A stretch of DNA of 64,000 nt, from the NCBI GenBank assembly GCA_964457845.1, contig CAYWHP010000002.1, forward strand, positions 46,112 to 110,111, read 5' to 3'. The stretch's first letter is position 1; every line of letters begins with the position of its first letter. Below, piece after piece: positions 1 to 8,974 of this stretch. The translations under genes were made by a program, and so were the position numbers. The notes below the pieces were generated by a model, which searched no databases, was not told the origin of the DNA, and saw only the letters and a program-made list of their open reading frames with translations. Origin of the DNA: an uncultured Porphyromonadaceae bacterium. GTDB lineage: Bacteria; Bacteroidota; Bacteroidia; Bacteroidales; UBA12481.

Positions 1-699
1 ATTGGTGTCCTGGTACTCGTCTACGAGCAAATAGCGGAACTGGTTCTGGTAACGTGACAGAATTTCGGGATGATTGTGGAAAAGCAGAAAAGTATTGAGC
101 AGCAAATCGTCAAAGTCCATCGCACCCGCACTGCGGCACCGGCGGGCATAGGCCATATAAATGCTGTACATCTCGGGCCTCCGCATTGAATCATCCTCCG
201 ATCTCCATTCGCTCCGCGCCTGGTATCCTTCAGCGGTTATGAGCTGATTCTTGGCCGCGGAGATCCTCCTGAGTACGTCGCCTGGCGGATAGACATCATC
301 GTCAAGTTTCAAGTCATGGAGAATGCTGCGAATCAAACCTTTTGTATCATCTGTGTCGTAAATGGTAAAATTTTTTCCATATCCTATCGCCTCCGCTTCC
401 CTTCGGAGGATTCTTGAAAAGATGGAATGGAAGGTTCCCATCCACAGTGAGCGAACCACCTCCTGGCTCATGATCTTGCCAATGCGCTCTTTCATCTCCC
501 GCGCTGCTTTATTGGTAAAGGTGAGGGCAAGTATGTTGTAGGCATTGACGCCCTGTTCGAGCAGCCAGGCAATTTTATAGGTGAGAACCCGGGTTTTACC
601 CGATCCCGCACCTGCAATAACAAGGACGGGTCCGTCAGTTTGCCTGACTGCTTCCTGCTGGATCGGGCTCAGGTTTTGTAAAATATCACGCACTGGCAT
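1..699 (-). CDS. UvrD/PcrA/Rep-family ATP-dependent DNA helicase, N-terminal 233 codons (gene continues past the left edge)
   Basis: My reverse translation from ATG (complement of 697..699) gives MPVRDILQNLSPIQQEAV...VLVIAGAGSGKTRVLTYK (Walker A), TFTNKAAREM (motif Ia) and LLVDEYQDTN (motif II) at the window edge. It is open-ended, so it is absent from the ORF track. Confidence 0.85.
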   Translation of the reverse strand, partial: MPVRDILQNLSPIQQEAVRQTDGPVLVIAGAGSGKTRVLTYKIAWLLEQGVNAYNILALTFTNKAAREMKERIGKIMSQEVVRSLWMGTFHSIFSRILRREAEAIGYGKNFTIYDTDDTKGLIRSILHDLKLDDDVYPPGDVLRRISAAKNQLITAEGYQARSEWRSEDDSMRRPEMYSIYMAYARRCRSAGAMDFDDLLLNTFLLFHNHPEILSRYQNQFRYLLVDEYQDTN

Positions 700-824
700 A
701 GAATTAAATATACGGAATGGAAAGTTATAACGTTAATGGATTTGGGAACCGATTGAAGGCCAAAAATAGCAATTGTGGCCAATTCGGATGCCCGGTAGGA
801 TAGCTATTTGTGGCTAAGTTTTAC

Positions 825-832
825 TAATTTTG
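825..832 (+). promoter_or_regulatory. Candidate Bacteroidota -7 promoter box TAatTTTG upstream of the T9SS-CTD gene
   Basis: Exact match to TAnnTTTG, 30 nt upstream of ATG 862, in the divergent spacer between the helicase and the T9SS-CTD gene. Confidence 0.3.
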
Positions 833-861
833 TAACTCTTTAACAGTAAGCGCCGCTATTG

Positions 862-2103
862 ATGAAAAACCGTTTGATATCCCATTCCGGCCTCCTGGCC
901 ATTCTGATCTTCATTTGTATTCTCCCGGCAAATCTGCTGGCACAGAAGGCTGATTATACTGTCAGAATTAAACAACCTGTGGTTGATACCTTAAAAACCT
1001 GCCCTGATAAAAGTATAATCTTCATGGCAGAAGGTCAAAACGCCGACTTTTCATCATTCGATCCAACGCAGGTTACATTTACCTGGGATTTTGGCTATAA
1101 CTCGATGACAGCAACCGGTCCAAATGTCACTTTCACCTATCCGGCCGGCGGACATTACATATTGCGATTATATGTTACAAGCCGGACCGGCGGTACTTCC
1201 GCCCTGAATATACCCGAGATACACGTTTTTGTAAGTATGCGACCTTCTTTTGAAGGAACACGTGCCGATCAGACCTCTATCTGCAGCGGAAATGAGATCG
1301 GACTAACAGGATTCGTGACACCTGTTCCCTGGACCAAAGACACCTTCCAGTTTGAGAATTCATTTGCTCAGTCGGAGTTTGCCTGGGACGGAATCGGGAT
1401 ACAGTCAGACAGGAACGGGATAGCCCGAACAAAACCTCCTCTCAATAAGGGAGATATGAGTTATATTTTCCGAGTATTGGATAATTTTGGTTGCTATCAT
1501 GATACAACCTTGCTTGTTTATGGTTTGTTTGCAAGATTCACCGCAGAGCCTGTTACAGGTGAAGCACCCCTCACTGTTGAAATGAAAGTGGATTCAGCTT
1601 CAAACGGAACCGATGCTTCCCTTATCCGGTATAACTGGGAGTTCTTCGAAAACAGTGATACCTCCAAGCTGCTCACAGGCACCGAACCGACCATGATTCT
1701 GGAACGGCCGGGTGAATATACAGCCAGAGTGATGGCGAGCTATTTACAATGCACCTACCGGTTTGTTTCCGAGGAGTTTATCAAGGTAGATTCATCCCTT
1801 CTTGAAATCCCCAACGTATTTACACCGAATGAAGATGGTTTAAATGATTATTTTCAGGTTAAGGCTTTGTCGCTGAAGAGTTTCTCGGGTCGGGTGTTTA
1901 ACAGGTGGGGCAGGGTGGTATTTGAGTGGACCGATCCCAAAACACTGGAGAAAGGCTGGAATGGTCGTGTTCAGAATGATGGTTCGATTGCTCCTACAGG
2001 GACATACTATTATATTATATCAGCTACCGGTTACGATGATAAAATGTATGAGGGAAAGGTAAATGAGAAAATGTATTATGGATTTGTAACGTTGATCCGA
2101 TAG
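862..2103 (+). CDS. Secreted protein with T9SS type-B (gliding motility-associated) C-terminal sorting domain and PKD/Ig-like repeats
   Basis: N-terminal signal peptide (LLAILIFICILPANLLAQ). The C-terminus has the hallmark PNVFTPNEDGLNDYFQV...GRVVFEW...WNG...APTGTYYY. The track start at 859 is TTG; an ATG follows at 862. Confidence 0.75.
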   Translation: MKNRLISHSGLLAILIFICILPANLLAQKADYTVRIKQPVVDTLKTCPDKSIIFMAEGQNADFSSFDPTQVTFTWDFGYNSMTATGPNVTFTYPAGGHYILRLYVTSRTGGTSALNIPEIHVFVSMRPSFEGTRADQTSICSGNEIGLTGFVTPVPWTKDTFQFENSFAQSEFAWDGIGIQSDRNGIARTKPPLNKGDMSYIFRVLDNFGCYHDTTLLVYGLFARFTAEPVTGEAPLTVEMKVDSASNGTDASLIRYNWEFFENSDTSKLLTGTEPTMILERPGEYTARVMASYLQCTYRFVSEEFIKVDSSLLEIPNVFTPNEDGLNDYFQVKALSLKSFSGRVFNRWGRVVFEWTDPKTLEKGWNGRVQNDGSIAPTGTYYYIISATGYDDKMYEGKVNEKMYYGFVTLIR

Positions 2104-2114
2104 AGCATAAAGAA

Positions 2115-2150
2115 TAAAAAAAGCCGGCTTGTGAAAGCCGGCTTTTTTTA
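2115..2150. terminator. Bidirectional rho-independent terminator between convergent genes
   Basis: Perfect hairpin aagccggctt-gtga-aagccggctt (2121..2144), flanked by an A-run on the left and a T-run on the right. Confidence 0.7.
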
Positions 2151-2173
2151 TTTCGTTAAGATGGATTGGCCAT

Positions 2174-4324
2174 CTATTCTTCGTCATCAGCAGTGTATGC
2201 TGACTGCAGTTTCTCCTGAACATCCGGCGGACAGAGCGTGTATTCACTGAATTTCATTGTGTAGGTTGCCCTTCCGTTGGTCAACGAACTCAGGGTGGTT
2301 GAATACTTGTTGAGTTCGGCAATGGGAACCCGAACACGGAGATGCTCATAACGGCCTTCTGAATTCATGCCCTGGATCATGGCACGTCTTCCCTGCAAGT
2401 CGCTCATAACATCACCCATGCGGTCACCGGGAACTAAAACTTCAACATCATAAATCGGCTCCAGGATCTTCGGACCTGCTTTGCGGAATGCCTCGGCAAA
2501 TGCTTTGGCGCCGGCTAGCCGGAAAGAGATTTCGTTGGAGTCAACCGGGTGCATCTTGCCATCATATATATATACTCTGATGTCCCGGGCATAGGATCCG
2601 GTGAGCGGACCATTTTCCAGCTTCTCCATGATCCCTTTCTGTATCGCAGGCATAAAACGTGCGTCGATCGATCCCCCGACGATGCAATTGTAATAAACCA
2701 GTTTGCCGCCCCAGTCAAGAGGAATCTCCTCCTTGCCACGGATGGAAAGCTGCATTTCCTTACCTTCTACCTTGAAAAGGTTTCGCTCGGGAGCCGATTC
2801 TTCGTGGGGTTCAATAATCATGTGAACCTCACCGAACTGGCCTGACCCACCTGACTGTTTCTTGTGTCGATACGATGACTGGGCAACCTTGGTGATGGTT
2901 TCCCGGTATGGGATCTTAGGAGCCAGGTATTCGGTCGGGATTTTATAGGTGTTGTCGAGCAGCCATTTTACGATGTTGAGGTGATATTCACCTTGCCCGT
3001 GAAGAATAATTTGTTTGAGCTCCTTCGAATACTCTACGAGAAGTGAGGGATCTTCCTCGTGCAAACGATGAAGGGCTTCGCCAAGTTTCTCGTCGTCCGA
3101 TTCTTCTTTAGCTTTGATGGCCGCCCTGAATTTTGGTTCCGGCATCTCAATAGGAACAATCGGGGAGTCAACCGACTTGTCGGCGAGCGTTGTGAAGGTA
3201 CGGGTGTCTTTTAGTTTTACAGTACCTCCAATATCACCAGGATACATGGTGTCGACTTTCTGGCGCAGCTTTCCGGATACGGCAAAAAGTTGTGATACGC
3301 GTTCTTTGGCGTTGGTATTTAGGTTAAGAACATCTATTCCTTCAGTAAACTTTCCGGTAATAACCTTGAAAAAGTTTATCTCGCCGAGGTGCTGCTCGGT
3401 ATACGTTTTGAATACAAAAGCGAGATTGGGGCCGGGTTGACCAACCTTCAGGACGGTTCCGTTTTTCTGTTTGAACACAGCTTCTTCCGGGGTGGGGGCA
3501 TATTTGACCAGGAAATCACAAAGGTTCTGGATCCCCTGAACGTTCTTGGCAGACATGCACAAAACCGGGAAAATGCCGCGTTCGGCTATGCCTTTTTTTA
3601 AACCCTGGCGGAGCTCTTCATCTGTCAGTGTATCATTGGTGAAGAACTGCTCCATGAGTGCTTCGTCAGCTTCAGCAGCAACTTCGATAAGCCTGGCCAG
3701 GTATTCCTCAGCTTTGTCAGCTTCAGCCGCCGGTATATCACTCTCAACCGGAGCACCTCCGCCAACTGGGAATTTAATGGCCTTTTTGCGGATCACATCG
3801 ATTATTGTGTCAAATGCCGGGCCTTCATTAAGGGGGTATTGCACTACAGCAACCTTTTGGCCGAAAGCCTCTCTGGCGCTATCAACCGCCTTGTCGAAAT
3901 GCGATTTTTCATGGTCAAGCTGATTAATCGCCATAATAACAGGCTTGTTATGCTTGTTGGTGTACCTCATCAGCGATTCGGTACCGGTTTCTACACCATT
4001 CTGGCCATTGATCAGGAGCAGGCCCGATTCAACTGCACCAAGAGCAGCTATAGTGGCACCTACAAAATCATCTGCCCCGGGCGTATCGATGAAATTGATC
4101 TTGTGATCTTTGTATTCAGTATACAAAACAGTGGCATAAACAGAGTTGCCACGCTCATGCTCGATCTCCTGGCTGTCCGAAACCGTGTTCTTGCTGGCTA
4201 CATCCCCCCGTCGGCTGATGACCCCCCCTTCGAATAAGAGCGATTCAGCCAGGGTCGTTTTTCCCGAACCGGAATTGCCAAGAAGGGCAATGTTTCGGAT
4301 CTGACTCGTCTGGTAAACTTTCAT
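2174..4324 (-). CDS. Elongation factor G paralog (EF-G2-like) with degenerate GTPase motifs
   Basis: 716 aa with full EF-G domain architecture by length and sequence. G1 is GNSGSGKTT, G3 is DTPGADDF (canonical DTPGHVDF), G4 is NQLD (canonical NKxD). The canonical fusA lies at 8975..11080 in the same window. Confidence 0.85.
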   Translation of the reverse strand: MKVYQTSQIRNIALLGNSGSGKTTLAESLLFEGGVISRRGDVASKNTVSDSQEIEHERGNSVYATVLYTEYKDHKINFIDTPGADDFVGATIAALGAVESGLLLINGQNGVETGTESLMRYTNKHNKPVIMAINQLDHEKSHFDKAVDSAREAFGQKVAVVQYPLNEGPAFDTIIDVIRKKAIKFPVGGGAPVESDIPAAEADKAEEYLARLIEVAAEADEALMEQFFTNDTLTDEELRQGLKKGIAERGIFPVLCMSAKNVQGIQNLCDFLVKYAPTPEEAVFKQKNGTVLKVGQPGPNLAFVFKTYTEQHLGEINFFKVITGKFTEGIDVLNLNTNAKERVSQLFAVSGKLRQKVDTMYPGDIGGTVKLKDTRTFTTLADKSVDSPIVPIEMPEPKFRAAIKAKEESDDEKLGEALHRLHEEDPSLLVEYSKELKQIILHGQGEYHLNIVKWLLDNTYKIPTEYLAPKIPYRETITKVAQSSYRHKKQSGGSGQFGEVHMIIEPHEESAPERNLFKVEGKEMQLSIRGKEEIPLDWGGKLVYYNCIVGGSIDARFMPAIQKGIMEKLENGPLTGSYARDIRVYIYDGKMHPVDSNEISFRLAGAKAFAEAFRKAGPKILEPIYDVEVLVPGDRMGDVMSDLQGRRAMIQGMNSEGRYEHLRVRVPIAELNKYSTTLSSLTNGRATYTMKFSEYTLCPPDVQEKLQSAYTADDEE

Positions 4325-4331
4325 AACTCCC

Positions 4332-7271
4332 TTAATTACTGGTAAATTGATGAGAAAATTTGTTCGATTTAATTTTGGTTCGCAAAGTTATTCTTTTTTT
4401 GATCAAATTCAAGTGCTGTCCGCCCCGGCGCCTCTTTTTAAAATATAAGTACAACGCGGCCAAAACTATTGCCACAGCGATTACTGTGATCCAGATAACC
4501 CGGAGCGGGCGGGCCCGGATTATCAGCCTTCCGGGGTCACCGATCAGCACCTGGCCTGCCCAAAAATAGGGTGCGGCAGTAGCCTTCGATGCCTCATCAA
4601 TATACTTGTTTCTGGCCTGCATGAGGGCTTCCCCTTGCTCCATCCCTTTGCTGATGTTCATAAAAAAGTAGCCCATTACGGTAGCGGACGACTGGTCATC
4701 TATCGGCCAAAGGGTGGTGATAACCGATGGAACACCCGCATACTGGAATCCTCTGGCCATGCTCATAATGCCTTCGCCTACCTGCAGTTCACCCATGCCG
4801 GTATTGCAGGCATTCAGAATGACAAGGGGAGAATTGATTTTGAGGGAAAGCATTTCAAAGAGGTAAAGGCTTCCGTCAGGTTCCGACGGATTCAGGAGAA
4901 GCCGCGACTCCATAGGACGCTGCAGGCTCATAATTCCATGGGTTGACAGCGATATAACGGACTTTTGCCCGAACACGCTTCTGAGGGTCTGTTCTCCGGC
5001 TTCCTTGCCTTCAAAAATCGTGGTTCGGAAATACGTTGAAATGGCCATGGCTTCATTTTCGGAATTCCCCAGCGGAAGCAGATCAACAGTGTCCATTCTG
5101 GCAGCCTGCCGCGCAAAGGGTGCAAATGCATAAACCCTCGATACCATTGAATGGTTGGGGTTTTTGCGGAACTGGAAGAACTGTTCGTGAGATGAAATGT
5201 AGGAGATCTGATACCTGCGGTTTAAGTAATTAAGTCTGCTGAAGTCCGACCCTTTGGGCATGACTGTATCGGAAATGAAAACCTCAAAGGGCAGAAAACC
5301 AAGTTCTTCATCAGGGAGAATGATAAGCTTGCTGATGTTTTTGAACTTTTCAATTGGCTCAAAGAAGGTTCTAAACATCAGATAGGACAGCCTGGTAAAA
5401 TCCCGAAAGACCTTGGCATCCACGAATGAGGTGATGGTTGACCGGAATTTCCGGATGTCCTCACGGAACTTTGCTGGCAACGTGTCGCGGAAACTGTAGA
5501 GGGTGTCATGCGTGGTCACCAGGGTAACCATATAGTCAAGGCTCAACCTGCTGTCGTGAACAACAGTGTAGTCTATGATGGCTTCGCCTGACCGGATCAA
5601 ATCCTGAATTTCCTGAGGTTTGTATCCTTTGCTTGAATAAACGATGTTGAAATATTCCGGATTTTCCCTTTTTGCCCGGGTGTTTATGCTCTTAAGTTCA
5701 TTTCCCAGGTCTGTAAGCCGTTCTTCAAATGGAACCTTGTCCGCTGTACGCTCACCCGTCGCTGAACTCAGGTTTATTAACCGTGATTGTATCCGGTCGA
5801 TAAGCATCTTTATACTGTCCTCCTGATGGATCCAGGGGGCCTTGTTATGCATAAACCCCCTGGCCTGATTGGTTCGCAGGAATTCGTTCAGTGTTGCTGA
5901 CTTATTTCTTTCCGATAATTCAAAAGCTTGATCGAGATACGTTTTTTTGCCGGTAAGTTTAAAAAGGTCGAGAGCCATGTCGAGTGCATTAAAGAAATGG
6001 ATCTTGGCCGACGATGATAAGTAAGGCTTGCTTTCGAATGAGTAGGTGAAACGCAGCGTGTCTATCATTTCGAGTGCAACCATAAAGGCATCAATGCCGT
6101 TGACCAGGTCGGCGGGATCCTTGGTCTGATGATATCTTCGATGGAATGTATGGCCCTTAAAGGCAGTATATTCTGCAAGCTTAGGCGTTACATGGGTGAT
6201 GGCCGGATTGGCTGAAATATCTGAAGCACTGCAGGTTTTATCAGCGCTGTTGATTGCCTTTTGAAAATAGACCAATGCCTTTGTGTAGTCTTCCGTTAAC
6301 CCGAAATTGGCTCCAAGATTGGCGTAGTAGGCTGCCGGACTTTTGTCCGCCTTCAGCGCATAGTCAATTGCCCGAGAGAAAAAGAGCCTGGCGCTGTCGC
6401 TGTTGCCCATTGCCTGATAAGAGGTCCCGATACTGTTCATGACTACGATAAACTCCTGATCGCCGAGGTTACGTATCGAGTTTTTTACGGCAAGCGACTT
6501 CTGGAAATTCGTTAGCGACTCCCGGATCCTCCCTCGCCGGTTTAACAAGATTCCAAATTCATGATATACCTGAGCCAATTCAAGACGGCTGCCGGTTGAA
6601 CTGTAGATAGCCAGGGATTCCAGAAGTGCAGAATCTGCCTGCGGGTTTAACGGATCCATGACGGATAATTCGGAACTCATATCAGCAAGGTCTTCTGCCA
6701 GTTTCGCGGCTCTGCCAAGTTTCCGGTTCATGCTGACCGACCGTTCGAAATTTCTGGCTGCCTCAAAATGATCGCCGGTTCGCTTGTAGAATCTGGCAAG
6801 TTGCCCATAAGAGTCTGCGAGCAGGAGCTGATTGAACAGGTCGTTTTTTGGCCTTGCGGCAACAGAAGCTATCAGGCTGTCCGAAGCCTGATTAAACAAC
6901 TCCTCCCCCGCGAGTTGTAGCGAATGGAAAAGCAAAACATCCGGCTTTTCATTACGGGAAGGCGGTATCCCGGCACCCTGGGCCAGATAATCGCCGAAGG
7001 CCGCGGCACCTTTAGCGAACTCTTCGGACCAGCTGTAAAAGATGGCCAGCGTTAGCAAATTTCTGCATCGGTCGGGTTTACTTAATCCGGGGTTAGCCAA
7101 TGAAGATTCCAAATAGGAGACAACGGCCTTTATTTTTCCTCTGTAAATCAAGGCAATGACCTCCGTGGAATCGATTTGCACTCGCTGTGATACCTTGTCA
7201 CAACCGAGGCTTCCATGCGTCCAAATGAAGCACATTAAACCCAGGCAGAGACAAGCTTGAAATCTTAGCAT
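4332..7271 (-). CDS. TPR-repeat CHAT-domain protein (caspase-like protease fold) with N-terminal signal/lipoprotein-like sequence and C-terminal TM anchor
   Basis: The C-terminal part has VISLSTHGI (His) and LVILNACNTGMGE...GVPSVITTLWPIDD (Cys), typical of CHAT. The long N-terminal helical region is TPR-like. TM helix VIWITVIAVAIVLAALYLYF is followed by KKRRRGG. I prefer start ATG 7271 (MLRFQACLCLGLMCF..) over 7304 because a TAtaTTTG box lies at 7291..7298. Confidence 0.8.
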   Translation of the reverse strand: MLRFQACLCLGLMCFIWTHGSLGCDKVSQRVQIDSTEVIALIYRGKIKAVVSYLESSLANPGLSKPDRCRNLLTLAIFYSWSEEFAKGAAAFGDYLAQGAGIPPSRNEKPDVLLFHSLQLAGEELFNQASDSLIASVAARPKNDLFNQLLLADSYGQLARFYKRTGDHFEAARNFERSVSMNRKLGRAAKLAEDLADMSSELSVMDPLNPQADSALLESLAIYSSTGSRLELAQVYHEFGILLNRRGRIRESLTNFQKSLAVKNSIRNLGDQEFIVVMNSIGTSYQAMGNSDSARLFFSRAIDYALKADKSPAAYYANLGANFGLTEDYTKALVYFQKAINSADKTCSASDISANPAITHVTPKLAEYTAFKGHTFHRRYHQTKDPADLVNGIDAFMVALEMIDTLRFTYSFESKPYLSSSAKIHFFNALDMALDLFKLTGKKTYLDQAFELSERNKSATLNEFLRTNQARGFMHNKAPWIHQEDSIKMLIDRIQSRLINLSSATGERTADKVPFEERLTDLGNELKSINTRAKRENPEYFNIVYSSKGYKPQEIQDLIRSGEAIIDYTVVHDSRLSLDYMVTLVTTHDTLYSFRDTLPAKFREDIRKFRSTITSFVDAKVFRDFTRLSYLMFRTFFEPIEKFKNISKLIILPDEELGFLPFEVFISDTVMPKGSDFSRLNYLNRRYQISYISSHEQFFQFRKNPNHSMVSRVYAFAPFARQAARMDTVDLLPLGNSENEAMAISTYFRTTIFEGKEAGEQTLRSVFGQKSVISLSTHGIMSLQRPMESRLLLNPSEPDGSLYLFEMLSLKINSPLVILNACNTGMGELQVGEGIMSMARGFQYAGVPSVITTLWPIDDQSSATVMGYFFMNISKGMEQGEALMQARNKYIDEASKATAAPYFWAGQVLIGDPGRLIIRARPLRVIWITVIAVAIVLAALYLYFKKRRRGGQHLNLIKKRITLRTKIKSNKFSHQFTSN

Positions 7272-7290
7272 GGTATGCAAACTTAAGTGG

Positions 7291-7298
7291 CAAATATA
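7291..7298 (-). promoter_or_regulatory. Candidate -7 promoter box TAtaTTTG for the CHAT / EF-G-paralog transcription unit
   Basis: Plus-strand caaatata equals TAtaTTTG on the minus strand, 20 nt upstream of ATG 7271. The same 20-nt spacing occurs at hisS and ychF. Confidence 0.4.
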
Positions 7299-7459
7299 TA
7301 ACATTATACGCTTGGTCCATTTTGTGGAAAATTGTTAATTTTTATCAAAAAGACCTGTTTTGATGAAAAAATGCCGATGTGTGGGGTTACCTTTACCCCC
7401 GGAATGGTATTAAGTTATTGGCAAGAGTGTATGTTTAGTTTCACTGAAATATTTATATC

Positions 7460-7921
7460 ATGAAAAGGAGATTGTCTGTTCTGGCGATCGGCGTTTTTGC
7501 AGTTGCGCTGATGGGATTCAGTACTGTAACCCCGATCAAGCAGTCATTATCGACCACCGACATTACAATAATCAAGGGGGCGGTCTATAATACTGACGAT
7601 GATCGGTATTGGGAAATGGTTACCTTCGGAATGTCAGGAGGGGACCCTGAAGATTATAGTGTATATGTAAATGTACTCGACAGGCGGGGAAATCTTATTG
7701 ATGTTATAAGTGTTTCCGAAGTTCATGAAGGGAGGGAGATAAGCTGGTATAAAGTTGACCTGTCCAGGTACCGGATCAGTAAGGATTTTTATCTGGAGAT
7801 ACATTTTGTTTTCCGTTCATGCGAGGATGATCTGAACACGTTTAATGCATTATCGAAACTGGCCCAAACAGATGCCCCTGTCGACCCGGAAGAAACAGTT
7901 CTTATTGTCAAGTATCCATGA
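7460..7921 (+). CDS. Hypothetical exported protein (153 aa)
   Basis: ATG start, signal or TM-like N-terminus (LSVLAIGVFAVALMGF), followed by a strong terminator. I recognise no family. Confidence 0.5.
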   Translation: MKRRLSVLAIGVFAVALMGFSTVTPIKQSLSTTDITIIKGAVYNTDDDRYWEMVTFGMSGGDPEDYSVYVNVLDRRGNLIDVISVSEVHEGREISWYKVDLSRYRISKDFYLEIHFVFRSCEDDLNTFNALSKLAQTDAPVDPEETVLIVKYP

Positions 7922-7947
7922 CGGTGCTACAAGGATAATTCTAACAG

Positions 7948-7974
7948 GTCCCGGTCATCCGGGACTTTTTTTTT
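7948..7974 (+). terminator. Rho-independent terminator
   Basis: Hairpin gtcccgg-tcat-ccgggac followed by a run of nine T. Confidence 0.75.
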
Positions 7975-8014
7975 GAAATTTTGCAGACAGGTTCTTTTTT
8001 CTGAAAAAAACTTT

Positions 8015-8022
8015 TACCTTTG
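8015..8022 (+). promoter_or_regulatory. Candidate -7 promoter box TAccTTTG for the ribosomal superoperon
   Basis: Exact TAnnTTTG 45 nt upstream of the rpsL ATG, immediately after the preceding terminator. No clean -33 TTTG lies at canonical spacing. Confidence 0.35.
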
Positions 8023-8066
8023 CACACCATTTTGTCAAAAAACAAAAGGTTTAAAAACAGCTCATA

Positions 8067-8441
8067 ATGCCGACGATACAGCAATTAGTAAGAAAGGGAA
8101 GGATCAGCAGGAATGACAAGAGCAAAGCTCCGGCTCTGGATTCATGCCCTCAACGACGCGGAGTTTGTGTCAGGGTTTATACAACTACCCCGAAAAAACC
8201 GAATTCCGCCATGCGGAAAGTAGCGAGGGTCCGCCTGACCAACCAAAAGGAAGTTAACGTATATATCCCCGGTGAAGGCCACAATCTTCAGGAACACTCA
8301 ATTGTTCTGGTGCGCGGCGGCAGGGTAAAGGATCTGCCTGGTGTCCGCTACCATATGGTACGGGGAACACTAGATGCAGCCGGCGTCGACGGCAGACGTC
8401 AGAGAAGGTCGAAATATGGTGCTAAAAGGCCAAAGAAATAG
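8067..8441 (+). CDS. rpsL: 30S ribosomal protein S12
   Basis: [12 protein letters not shown]... and [16 protein letters not shown]. First gene of the str cluster. Confidence 0.97.
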   Translation: MPTIQQLVRKGRISRNDKSKAPALDSCPQRRGVCVRVYTTTPKKPNSAMRKVARVRLTNQKEVNVYIPGEGHNLQEHSIVLVRGGRVKDLPGVRYHMVRGTLDAAGVDGRRQRRSKYGAKRPKK

Positions 8442-8466
8442 TCTATCACAGTAAGCAGTTTTTTCC

Positions 8467-8943
8467 ATGAGAAAAGCGAGAGCCAAGAAAAGTATTATAC
8501 TCCCGGATCCCAAGTACGGTGATATTCGGGTAACCCGCTTTGTTAACGACCTTATGTACAGCGGAAAGAAAAGCATTGCTTTTTCTAGTTTCTATGAAGC
8601 ATTGGAACTGGTAGGCAAAAAAACGCAGGATACCGGAGTATCCGCACTGGATGTATGGAAGCGGGCACTTGAAAACATCACCCCGGCGGTCGAAGTGAAA
8701 AGCCGCAGGGTTGGTGGTGCAACCTTCCAGGTTCCAATGGAAATCAGGCCCGACCGCAAGATTTCCATCGGCAACAAGAACCTGATCTCCTTTGCGCGTA
8801 AGCGTTCAGGACGTTCAATGAGTGAGAAACTCGCTGCTGAAATCGTGGCAGCTTTTAATGAAGAAGGCGCAGCTTTCAAGAAAAAGGAAGATACGCATAG
8901 GATGGCCGAAGCAAACCGGGCATTCGCACATTTCCGGTTTTAA
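8467..8943 (+). CDS. rpsG: 30S ribosomal protein S7
   Basis: [28 protein letters not shown]. Position between rpsL and fusA. Confidence 0.97.
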   Translation: MRKARAKKSIILPDPKYGDIRVTRFVNDLMYSGKKSIAFSSFYEALELVGKKTQDTGVSALDVWKRALENITPAVEVKSRRVGGATFQVPMEIRPDRKISIGNKNLISFARKRSGRSMSEKLAAEIVAAFNEEGAAFKKKEDTHRMAEANRAFAHFRF

Positions 8944-8974
8944 CCGGAGCACAATTGTTCTTTGACATGTTGGG

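Noticed and set aside
2174-4324. Possibility that the second EF-G-like gene is a Tet(Q)/Tet(M)-type ribosomal protection (tetracycline resistance) gene.
   Set aside because: Ribosomal protection proteins are shorter (about 640-660 aa) and, as far as I recall, keep canonical G motifs including DTPGH. This protein is 716 aa, has degenerate G1/G3/G4 motifs, and has no mobile-element context.
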